From: Gonapodya sp. JEL0774
Lineage: Eukaryota
Direction of reading: 5' to 3'
DNA length: 20,000 bases
Assembly: GCA_027604505.1 (NCBI GenBank)
Contig: JADIIX010000098.1
Location: forward strand, 61,973 to 81,972
Shown here: one piece after another, positions 1 to 10,227 of the stretch
Layout of the letters: each line of letters opens with the position of its first letter
Position numbering within the stretch: the stretch's first letter is position 1
The notes under the pieces: model-generated
Database searches by the model: none
What the model saw: the letters and a program-made list of their open reading frames with translations, nothing else
What the model was told of the DNA's origin: nothing
Translations under genes and position numbers: made by a program

Positions 1-890
1 GCATTCGGTATCGACAATCCCCAACCAAAGGTGTATGTTCAATACACCGATTTCTCTACGAACTATCACACCTACTGTATCGAGAGGTGTTCAAACTTTG
101 TGGCCTGGTCGCTGGATGGCGTGGAGACAGATAGATTGACACTTGCAAGTGTGAACAACAACTTGTCGCTCTTCCCCTACAGGTAAGTTGATTTGAGATG
201 GTGCAACTTACCATTTCAATCCACTAAAACTGCGCTGCCACTACCACATTCTCAACGCTAGACCTGGTAAGATTGTTTTCAACATATGGGATGGCGGTGC
301 AGGTGACTCTACTATCTCAAAATGGGCCAACGGACCTACCAGTGGGTGCACTTACAGAATCAGTCCACGCTGATTGTCTCATTGATCATTCTTTTACCGA
401 ATCAATATGTGATCTACGGCTTAGATTGGACGGACCCAAACAATCCCGAATATGTTATGTACATTGACTGGTTCGAATCAAGATGCGGATGTCCGGGTGA
501 GGTTTCTCCCACATTCACGAGCGCTGCATCTGTGTCCGCTTCGGACACCGTGAGTGCGTCGTCAAGTAAGTTGAAGAATAAACCCGGGTCCCATGGGTTA
601 CTAGGTTGATTAATCTGTTGGATTACCTAATCTTTCTACCAACAGCCGACACCGCTGCCTCTGCCACCGGCACGGCAGTAGCTTCTTCGGGATCGTCGTC
701 ATTGCCCACTAGGACATCGTCGACTTTAACTCCAGCCTCGACGCGATCATCTAGCTCCAGTGCTACACGGACGGTGACCGGCACGAACGCGGCTGTGGTA
801 GGATCTGCGCCGTCGGCGGGATTCAAAAGCAGCAGTACAAGTGTAATAGGCGTATTGGCGGCGCTGCTAGCAGTTGCCATTGGCATGTAA
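1..890 (+). CDS. 3' part of a glycoside hydrolase family 16 (Crh/Utr2-like) cell-wall protein with Ser/Thr-rich stalk and GPI-type C-terminus; 5' end outside window
   Basis: Exons <1-182, 262-341, 425-565, 646-890 join in frame over GT-AG introns. Translation has DFSTNYHTYCIERCSNFVAWSLDG ... FPYRPGKIVFNIWDGG ... WANGPTNW ... YVMYIDWF (GH16 Crh-type motifs), then an S/T-rich tract and hydrophobic tail VIGVLAALLAVAIGM*. The catalytic ExDxE motif is not in the window. Confidence 0.85.
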
Positions 891-1117
891 GGAATATCGG
901 GGTGATTGGTGGACGTAGTCACAATACTGGTTATGAGTGACAACAATTTACTGCAACTGCCCGAGCATTGCGGGTCAATCATTGCCTTACTTACATTAAT
1001 AAAAATACTATCGTAAACGTCTTTGGATTTCTCTGCTTCAAATAAAATGTTTGATGCACCATGATCATCAATATCACAACCTACAGGACACCCATTTCGG
1101 CTTTTTGAAAAAGCACG

Positions 1118-3919
1118 ATGCTGGGCAACTCTCTCACGGCGTATCCCGCAACAACCTCAGCTTCTGCTTCTGATGGCTCGATTGTTGCTGAAGACCGGCT
1201 CCGATATGATTTCACCCCCAGGGATCCCGCTTCTGGAACAAGGGTATGGGCAGTTCCGGTAATTATTCGAGAGTACAATGACACTGAAAGGGGAGATACG
1301 CTAGAGGTGGGAAACAGCTAATACGATCAGGCAACGCTGAGAATTTCGATAGGGCAGTTGTAAGTGGCGACCGGTTGCTGACGTCATATCCTTGATTGCC
1401 ACCTACAGTTGCTCGTGCGTGTCCCATTCGAAAGTTTCTGGAACGGTGAGTCCGCCTTGACAGTAAAGAAGGGAGATTGCAACTTTAATCCCTGAGATTA
1501 TTCTTTGTGACGGATCATCTAGGGAAGCACTCGCAAATCCGTCATCAGGCATTCAAGGACGCTCATGAACTGCTAACTCCACCGAAGCCAATGCATTCTG
1601 AAAGTAGCAAGAACGATCTTTTCCCTGCTCTGTCAGGTGGCGCCCTCATGCCGTTTTTCGGCCCACTTCCGCAATGGGCACCAGAATTTCTTGCAGATCA
1701 GACAAAGGATAGCAGTCAAGAGAAACGAACGGGTGTTGCGATTGAGTTTTTCAACGTGAGGTACGCTGTGAGGATAGATGGACCCAAGGAGCTCGTGGAA
1801 AAAGGTGAGAAATTGGATCATTGACGTTTTCCAATCTCGTGAAGCGAAAAAAAAACAATTAGCGCCTATTTCAGCGTTTGCACACCTGGTGACGTTCTTG
1901 GTGAGATGCCCTTATTGGCGCAATTGATTTTGGCGCACTGACAGCAAGGGTTACCTCGCAGAATCCTCCAACCCCCCACCGTCTTAACAAGACACTTAAT
2001 TCTGGCTACAATAATCAGAGCTCGGAAAGCACAACAGACATGACTTTAGATATCAAACATACTCCGAGCCGCTCGCTTTCTACCAGCGCCTCTCTGAATT
2101 TTGTGTTAGGGTGTCCCGAAGACGCCGTTCTCACTTTTGTGCCCTACGCGTACGATAAGCATGGTGTGATTGCAAACCTCGTTACCTCTGCGAGTGCAAG
2201 TGCGCAGCCAATGTGTGTGCTAGAATGGAAGGTAAGGTATTTGTTCTGAGAAGTGACCTGCATCCACCCTCAAGTGACACGATTTTGCTGTTCAAGGACT
2301 CTCCGTCACCGATCTTTACTGACGACGACACAGATTACGCTGGAGAAGCTGAAGAACGTCTGGAGTCCACTGTTCTAGCAGAGTTCGTGGCACCCACAGT
2401 TCACAAGATTCGCACGTTTGCAGAGGAAATATCGACAGAGCAACAGCAACATGAAAGCACGACGGGTCACATTCTTCAGGGTGAGATGTCTGCTTGGCTG
2501 GGCAAGGCTTGTTGGGGACGATTCGGACGAGCGCCAGCTGTTGCGTTTGAGTCGCCTTCCGGGAGGCTGCAGAGACCTTCGTTCTTCGAAGCAAAGTAGG
2601 TTCCAACATTCCGATTCACATCGCGTCATTCCTATGTGCGAGCGTCTTGGAAGCTGATGGATCGTGCACTGTGCAGGTTGAGCTACAGCAATTACGAGTC
2701 AATTTCGGACACCCTGTGCCAACTTCCTGGCATCATACCGGCCCTCAACACAAGCGAACTTCTTGTGCAAATTCTCGACCTTACCTCCGACGTTGCTTTC
2801 GCAAAGCTCACTTTGGGTGTTCTCATTGACGAACCCCACTTTGTGACTGGTTCTGGCGGCGTTCCTACACGGCGTAATATACGGATATACGGAGGAGAAG
2901 AGAGTTGCATCACTTTCTTTAAGTGCCGTCGTGTAGAGCTCGATGCCCGCGTTGGGGTTAAAGTTGTGGCACGCACGATCGATAAGGGCGAGATCAGTGA
3001 TGGTGTACTCGAGTTCGTGCGGGAGCTTGTGAGCGATCTCCAGGTTGTGAGGGTGAAGTGTGCTCCAGCAGATTCGAGTCCCTGGATATCGGTTGACAGA
3101 ACCGCAGCTCCAACGATTCAGGACTCGTACAGGATGCCAAATTACCTCGCCACCTTACGCAAATTTGGTTACAAATATGCGCTGAAAACGGCGAGGTTCA
3201 AAGTGATGGAGCGGTGGGAGGATGAAGAATTCGTTTATGAGCTATCCAAGAACCGGAATGTTGATCTGGGGTTTGCGGGAGAGGAGGGAATAATCGTCGT
3301 TGAAGGCGATCATTGTGATGACACCGAGGCCTCGATTGAGCGCTCAACTTCAGATATTTGGAAGTCCAAACTAAGTGCTGATGCAGACGACAGTGGCAGC
3401 ATTGAAACTTTTGGTTTCCTCGGCGCAGATTCGGATGCAGAAAATTCCATCCGCAGCAGCGAGGACGAGAACATGAAGGAGGCAGAAGCGACGGGAGTTG
3501 GTCCCAGCACTGAAACGAGAGACCACCAGGGTGATCCGTTCCCCGCAGATCTCTTCACATCGGAACCTACTGTGCTTCCGAGGAAACGCAAGCGCAATCG
3601 CCCTAAGGTGAATCCTTTCCGGCCTCGCAAGAGGATAATCCGCCACAACCAAAAAATCGCTGTTCGAGTCCGTCCACTACCTCGCCCTCGGGCAGCCCAT
3701 GATCAGCACATGCAAAGTGGATCGGCGTATTACCAGTACACAATGGTCCACAAGAGGATGGGCAGTGTGCTTGAAAAGGCGATGACTGGTGCGTTTGATG
3801 ACGAGACGATTTCGAAAGAGATCGGTGACTTGTGTACGAGTGCAGCAAGGCAGGTTTTGGAGGTGTCGCGAGAGGTGAAGAGGTTCTTTGGTTCACCAAA
3901 GAACGCGGACCATGCTTAG
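1118..3919 (+). CDS. Hypothetical protein, 7 exons, ~781 aa, with acidic tract and basic NLS-like segment near the C-terminus
   Basis: Exons 1118-1306, 1409-1445, 1523-1804, 1875-1900, 1962-2231, 2297-2595, 2677-3919. All six introns (61-102 nt) are GT-AG and phases are consistent (2346 nt, no internal stop). No family recognised. Confidence 0.75.
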
Positions 3920-4014
3920 TAACATGACGAGTCGGGCTTCACCCATCATGTGTGGAATTTTCAACCGAGAAACAATTACATTCCCAAGTTTCGGTGGTCT
4001 TGGTTGAATTGATG

Positions 4015-4404
4015 TTACTTGTCCTGTTCCTGTCGAGCCAACCACGCTCGGAGCTTTCGTTCTAAACCCCACTGTGTCACTCTATGCTTGATCAAGAGTT
4101 CGCCATCTACGTATATGACGGGAATATCTTCTGCAAGCCCTAAGGTCTTCGCATCATCTCTGTAATCCACGAAAAAATAGTCCAATTTGAACTGTTCAGT
4201 CTGGGGAGAGGAAAGAAGTCGCTTTCTGAGAAGCTCCACCGCTGTTTTGGCATCGTCACAAAGAGGGCAATCGGTCGATTTCCCCACAATTGTCAGACGT
4301 ATGATGGGAGTTCTGGATTGCACTGTCGATTTAAACTTTAGCTGCTGGGAAAGGTGACTTTGCCGCAGTGAGATGGGAAGCTGCACGACCTTGAATGACC
4401 ACAT
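4015..4404 (-). CDS. Glutaredoxin-like protein (DUF836 / C5orf63 / yeast YDR286C type), possibly mitochondrial
   Basis: Single exon. LTIVGKSTDCPLCDDAK (CxxC) and DIPVIYVDGELLIKHRV fit the thioredoxin-fold DUF836 pattern. Start placed at ATG 4404 (MWSFKVVQLPISLRQ..., basic/hydroxylated with no acidic residues) rather than 4512, which lies almost against the next gene's ATG. Confidence 0.85.
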   Translation of the reverse strand: MWSFKVVQLPISLRQSHLSQQLKFKSTVQSRTPIIRLTIVGKSTDCPLCDDAKTAVELLRKRLLSSPQTEQFKLDYFFVDYRDDAKTLGLAEDIPVIYVDGELLIKHRVTQWGLERKLRAWLARQEQDK

Positions 4405-4535
4405 CGAAAATGGGGGATGACAATGCTTTGATAACGTTGTCGGGAATTGGGTTGTTGGGAAATCTTTTATCCCACCACGCAGAATCTCTTGCAGAGATTC
4501 TGCAACATTCATTCATATTACACAATAAGAACAAC
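4405..4535. promoter_or_regulatory. Putative compact bidirectional promoter
   Basis: Only 131 bp separate the divergent ATGs of the glutaredoxin-like gene (4404) and CARNMT1 (4536). Confidence 0.5.
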
Positions 4536-6651
4536 ATGGACACAACAGACACCAGCCTTGCTCAAGGGTCAGATCTCTACGCGGATCTACTCGATTCGCG
4601 GATGGACGAAGGCACTCCTCAACCTGTGCCTACCCATTATCTTTCCCATGCCCACTATCATGATGGACCAGAAATTCTGTTATCTTCAAGCGAGCGGACA
4701 GTCGAACAATTGCAGGATCAAATGGAGGAAGAGCGAGGTGGGCTGCATATGCAGCTTCAAAGAGATCACAATTGAAAAGGAGATACCCGTACGCATCACT
4801 ATTGCCCACAGTGTTTTTCCGCTGCGTCGCGGCATTTATGCATTACAAGCTTCACTCGCTCGGAGTGCTTGCGCGTCGTCGGCGCCATCATGCTGCTCTG
4901 ACTGACCGACACAAATCTCTGTTGCGGATGGCCAACTTCGAGCAGAAGCTTCATGCGGCCGAGCTTGGAGTAATGAGTAACTCCGATTTCTTGAAATCGG
5001 TGGTAGCCGAAGACAGCCCGTTTCCGTACGACGATGATGTGAAGAGGGAGGTGAGCAATTAAGGTCGAGACACGGACAACATTCAACTGTTAGTGGGGCC
5101 ACACCAGTTCACAAGTTCCGAACGCGAAAATGATACCCAACCAGTGGAGGTGGCCGTAGTACCTGAGTCATAATGGAAATGAAGTGTTATTTATGCTCTC
5201 ACCAATCGAGATAGCCTAATTGAAAGAGCAGATTTGCATTTCACCCTGAGTCTGAAAACCAATCCTACCTGACTCTGGTTTGAAGACAATGGGAATCCCT
5301 CTTTTCTCAACGAAAGCAACTTTTGCTCTTTTCCAAAGCTAAACGAGGTTGGAACAGGAGATGTGTCGGAGTCAGACATAGACAAGGTTCGGTCCACCAT
5401 CCGACAAGTACTAAGGGACTGGAGCTCGGAGGTGAGATCTTGATAGCTTCCCGTGTGTTGATGCATGGCTTTGGTCATCATTTGGTCATCGGGAGTACGA
5501 TATGGTATTCCGCGGTGCGTGAATCCTTGCTTACATAACAACAAACCTTGGAAAGGACTTGTCAAGTGAAGGTTAAATGGGTCGCGCCACTGACATGCAA
5601 ACTTAACCGGCGTACTAAGTTCTGTCTTTTGCCCAGCTTAGGGCACTCCCGAGCGCGATACATGCTACAATCCGATAATGGAGGCCATTGACCGTGCCTT
5701 CTCAGAAGTGCCGATTGAGGAACGGTGGGATCTTCTCATTTTGATTGCCACCACTTACGCAGGGATGACTGTCCTATTAAATATCGCCTCCTAGAGCGTC
5801 GCTCCGAGTTCTCGTTCCAGGTGCAGGGCTCGGCCGTCTTTGCTACGAAATTGCAAAGCGAGGCTACTCTGCACAGGGTAACGAGTTTTCTTTTTACATG
5901 GTAAATGAAAGCAGTTAGCCATCACACTAATTTGACGTGGCTCGGCTGTTCATTAATACCAACTTTCCACAGCTTCTGACTTCGAATTATCTTCTAAACC
6001 GTGTAACGCGGCGCCAACAGCATGTCATATACCCCTGGGTCCATTCTTTCAGTCACGCCCCAATGGCAGCGGATACGGTTTCTGCAGTGGCAATCCCAGA
6101 CGAAGTTCCCAATAACTTGCCACGAGGTGTGGAATTTTCTATGGTAGCGGGTGATTTCGTGGAGATATACGGTTCGGAGAAGGAGAAAGGTGAGAGTGTT
6201 TGCCTCTTGATGTTTAAATCTTGCCGAGGTATCAGAGGCACACGAAATACATTTGATTCGAAATGGGTGACGTTAGGTTCATGGGATTGTGTTGCTACTT
6301 GCTTTTTCATCGATACTGCCCGTAATATTTGCCAGTACATTGACATCATACATACCTGTCTCCAGCCCGGAGGAGTGTGGGTGAATCTGGGTCCACTTTT
6401 GTATCACTTCGAAGGTTCCGAGGAGGAGACGAGTGTCGAACTGAGCCTTGACGAGATTCGGACGGTTGCCGAAGCTGTTGGGTTTGTGTTCGAGGTGAGA
6501 TTGAGAGTAGATGTTCTCTCCTATATCTCGTTTTAATTTTCCATTCGAGTAGGAGGCGAGAATGGTGGACGCAACGTACGCACACAATCCTCGATCCATG
6601 ATGGCATTTTTGTATCGATGTGCCTTTTGGGTTGCGCGAAAGAGGGACTAG
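4536..6651 (+). CDS. CARNMT1: Carnosine N-methyltransferase (UPF0586 / N2227 domain, SAM-dependent histidine methyltransferase), 8 exons, ~418 aa
   Basis: Exons 4536-4737, 4812-5050, 5339-5431, 5642-5724, 5795-5900, 5973-6189, 6277-6494, 6553-6651. Family motifs [70 protein letters not shown]. Confidence 0.95.
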
Positions 6652-6833
6652 AGATGCTTAGTGTATTTCTTAGACTTCCAAATTTTGATGAAATGAAACG
6701 CATTAGAAACCATTTCAGAAAGGCAGTTTGTGGGATTTGTTTCCCGCCTGTACGGTGGTCATGTGCCAGAGGACAAATCTCAAAACCCGCATTTTGTTCA
6801 CAGTTCAATTGTTAAACCGTACACAAACTGAAT

Positions 6834-9800
6834 ATGGGTGATCTATACGACGACTTGTACGGTGACTTCGGCGGCGATCCTTCCCATCCATCCTCGTTCT
6901 CCGCCCTGGACGGTGGCGATGACACGTATGACTTGGCTGGAGACGCAGCAGGTGGCGCAACACACGAGGACGACATTTACGGTACTGTAGCAGGAGGTGG
7001 CAGCAATGGAACCAACGGTCCGGCGACCGACAAATCTGAAACAAAAGTCCCTGGGGGGATTCGTAGTTCGAATGCACAAGCCGCAACCTCTGGTGGCGAG
7101 CCGAACTTCGATCACTTTAAAGTCGAGGAAGAAGATGGCCAATTGCCAGATACTAGCGATGGAAGGATTCAGGTTCGTAACTACATGACCAAGGCAATTT
7201 TTTGGTGCCCGGATTGCGACGTTCATTGTCATGCAGGGAGGAGACCGGGAGGATGAAGGACTTCCTCACATGTCTTGGTCGTATTTTCGATTCGCTGTTC
7301 TGTCTGGGACATCTCCTTTTAGGTCTGTTGTCGTCTCTATCTAACCATAATTGTTTTTGTTACTTAGTCGTACGAGGAGTACAAAATAGTACCTGGAGCA
7401 GACGATGATATAGAGGCAGGGTATGTTGCACTCTCCGTGTGGAGTTGGCTATCGTTAATGAGTTTTGCAATATTCTTAATCATGTAGTAAAATTTTCGTT
7501 GGGGGCCTTAGTTGGGAAACTACTGAAGGTAAGCCAAAGAGATCGGCGGCGGACGGATCATTAGATGGGCGTCTTTGGGTCGAGCTTACTGCTCACGGTG
7601 AATGGCAATGATGGGGAATCAGTGGGAAAAGTCTGGTCAACGGTGGAACAGTTCACCCCACAATGAATGGCAATGTTGGGAATCGGATGGATCAGCCTTG
7701 TCGAAGGAGGAGCAAGCGTTAACGTCGAGTGCAATGTGTAGTCATTCATACTTAGCAACAAGGTTCTGGATTCATAGGTAATTTTGAAACTGTTGGGTGA
7801 ACTCGTAGTACGAACTGATCTAGCTGCAGATAACTTTAGATGACACAGCAACTAGAGAGTATTTTGCGACAAATGCATGTCCCTTGGTTGATTGATATGA
7901 GGGAACAAGGGGCTTTCGGTGCAAGCTGTTGGTCGTTGCTACGGTAACTACTGCCTCCCGCGATATTTAGTCGGCTCATTGAGATCTTCGTTCTTGTTAT
8001 TCATGTCTATGTCAGTCTAGTTGGAGCAGCAATTCTTGTACCTTGCTGTACCATTTTTTGAATTTCCACTTCTTCCACCCAACATGAAGTGGCGCACATC
8101 ATGGCTCTCTAGGAAACTGTACTGATTGGAACGAGCCACTTCTATCTGTCTTTGTTGCAATAGTGGGAGGCTTTGCGAGGACTTGCTGGCTGTTATACGC
8201 CGCTTGAGGTCGCAGTTTACTTTCGACTTTGTATTAACCTACCAATGTGACATTCCTTCCTTGAATTTTGCATCGATGACAGCCTCCCTTCGGAAACATT
8301 TTTCTACCTGGGGTGATGTAAAGGACGTGATCGTGATGCGTGACCCTGCAACCGGCCGCTCTCGCGGATTTGGCTTTCTATCGTTCACAGATCCAGCGAG
8401 TGTGGACGAAGCTCTAAAAGTGGTGCATGTCGTGGACGGCAAGACGGTGAGCACCAGGGTGCGGGTGGGTTTCCGAGAGTGGCGGGCCCTGTTACGCTCA
8501 CACGCTTTGCGGTTACGAAACTATCCACACCAATTGGTACCCGTTGTGAATAGGTCGATCCAAAGAGGGCTGTACCCAGACCGACTTTGGAGATGAATAA
8601 CAAGATATTCGTCGGGGGAGTACACCACGACGTCTCGGAGGAGGAGTTTGGACAGTACTTTGGTCAATTCGGGACGGTGAGTCATGCTTCTGCTCTGGAT
8701 CTAACCTCATCTTTTGAACAGATTCTGTTTTGTCCTCCAAATTGCCTAAAATCAAAGGTCACTGAGGCCACGCTAATGTTTGATAGGGACACTGGGCGGG
8801 CTCGCGGATTTGGCTTCATCGCCTTTGAGGACCCGATGACCGTAGAAAGGGTTATGCAGAGGCAGGGATACCTTGAGTTCCGTGGAAAACCGGTGTGTTG
8901 TGATGGCTCTTTTTGTTCATCCAGTTCCGTCGACAACACTGTAATACACGTCTTTTGCACATCAATGCTGGCTGTCAACTGGTCATCAGGTCGAAATTAA
9001 GCGTGCCGTTCCGAAGCACAAGGCGCCACCCCCCCAAGTCCGTGCTCCGGGCCAATCAGCAATCTCGGCAGTTCCAAGTGTTGCTGCTAACCCCCTTCTC
9101 TCATTGTCTATGGCCAGTGGAATGCGTCCTGGTATGACTTCCGCAGCAGCTTGGAACCCCACGATGATGATGAACATGTGGAGGATGGGAATGATGAACC
9201 CAATGATGGCTGCCCAGTGGCAGGCGATGGGCATGCCGGCTGCGGCTGCTCAAGCGGCTCAGTGGAACGCAGCAATGAGAGGAGGCATGGGAATGGGAAT
9301 GAATATGGGAGGGGGAATGGGTATGATGGGAATGGGTCAAGGTGGTGGATCCGCCGGTATGGCTGCGATGGGTTCGATGGGGGGACAAAGTGCGATGAGT
9401 GGACAATCTGGTGAGGGGCTCCAAGCGGGAGCGTTGATGGATCAGCAACAAGAAGAGTCCCAACCGAAAGCTGAACCAGAGCAGACCGCGGAAGGAGAAA
9501 AAGTGGATAGACAATCCGAAAACCAGGATCACAGGGGCTATGACGAGGAATCACGTGGAAATTCAGTCAGTGGACCCACAGGGCGTCACGATGATGGCTC
9601 AAATCGCTCCGCAGCATTTCAAGGAGATCGAGAAGGGGGTGGATCCGCATCTGGAGCGCCTGGAAGATATTCTCAAGGGGGATACGTGGATCCGACAGCA
9701 ACACAATCAGGCTATGTAGATTCGAGATCGTCCCACGTAGGACCCGTGAGAAGAGGTGGATTTGGACCTGGACCGTACGGACCCTACAGAGGCGGAAGGG

Positions 9801-10042
9801 GGGGATTCGGGGGTCCTGGGTTTGGTGGTTATTATGGACCGCCAAGAGGAGGATACGGGGGTGGCGGATATGCAGGGTTTCAGGGCGGTCCTGGGGGACC
9901 GGGAGGGTACCAAGGCGGAGGCGGTGGGGGTTACAATGGTTTCCGGGAAGGCGGACCTCCGGGTTACGGCAGGGACGGGGGCATGGACAGAGATGGAGAT
10001 TATGGTCCTCGCGGGGGCAGATACGCTCCATACGGGCGATAG
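6834..10042 (+). CDS. Two-RRM RNA-binding protein of the Hrp1/Musashi/DAZAP1/hnRNP A-D group, 7 exons, ~635 aa
   Basis: Exons 6834-7172, 7368-7420, 7488-7528, 8283-8446, 8554-8676, 8758-8892, 8990-10042. RRM1 KIFVGGLSWETTE...RSRGFGFLSF...VDPKRAVP; RRM2 KIFVGGV...RARGFGFIAF...VEIKRAVPK. Met/Gly-rich then RGG/YGG low-complexity tail, ending in PY-NLS-like RGGRYAPYGR*. N-terminus DLYDDLYGD. Confidence 0.93.
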
Positions 10043-10227
10043 TGATGATAGGATCTATCCAGTGTATTAAAATTTCGAAATATGGATAAATGCGTGCTGA
10101 GTGCTCAATGAAATCACAAGTGAACTCTAGTGCAAAAATAAACTGTTGTGACCCATGCACTCTGGTCATTTTCTTCCTACACTCTCGAAAGAGCGACCAC
10201 GTACCTAAATGTCTGGACGACTGGCGA

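Noticed and set aside
4405..4512. Longer N-terminus of the glutaredoxin-like ORF (ATG 4512)
   Set aside because: It would leave 23 bp to the divergent CARNMT1 ATG, and the extension does not look protein-like; ATG 4404 is more plausible.
5094..5149. Possible extra CARNMT1 exon
   Set aside because: It needs a 43-nt intron and ends out of phase; direct 5050>5339 splicing is already in frame.
6190..8757. Stop-free 3n introns (6190-6276, 87 nt; 8677-8757, 81 nt) read through by the ORF track
   Set aside because: Both have canonical splice sites, and retention would insert into conserved folds; expected by chance for short introns.
9101..10169. Several long antisense and alternate-frame ORFs over the RBP tail
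   Set aside because: Shadow ORFs of Gly/Met-rich low-complexity coding sequence.
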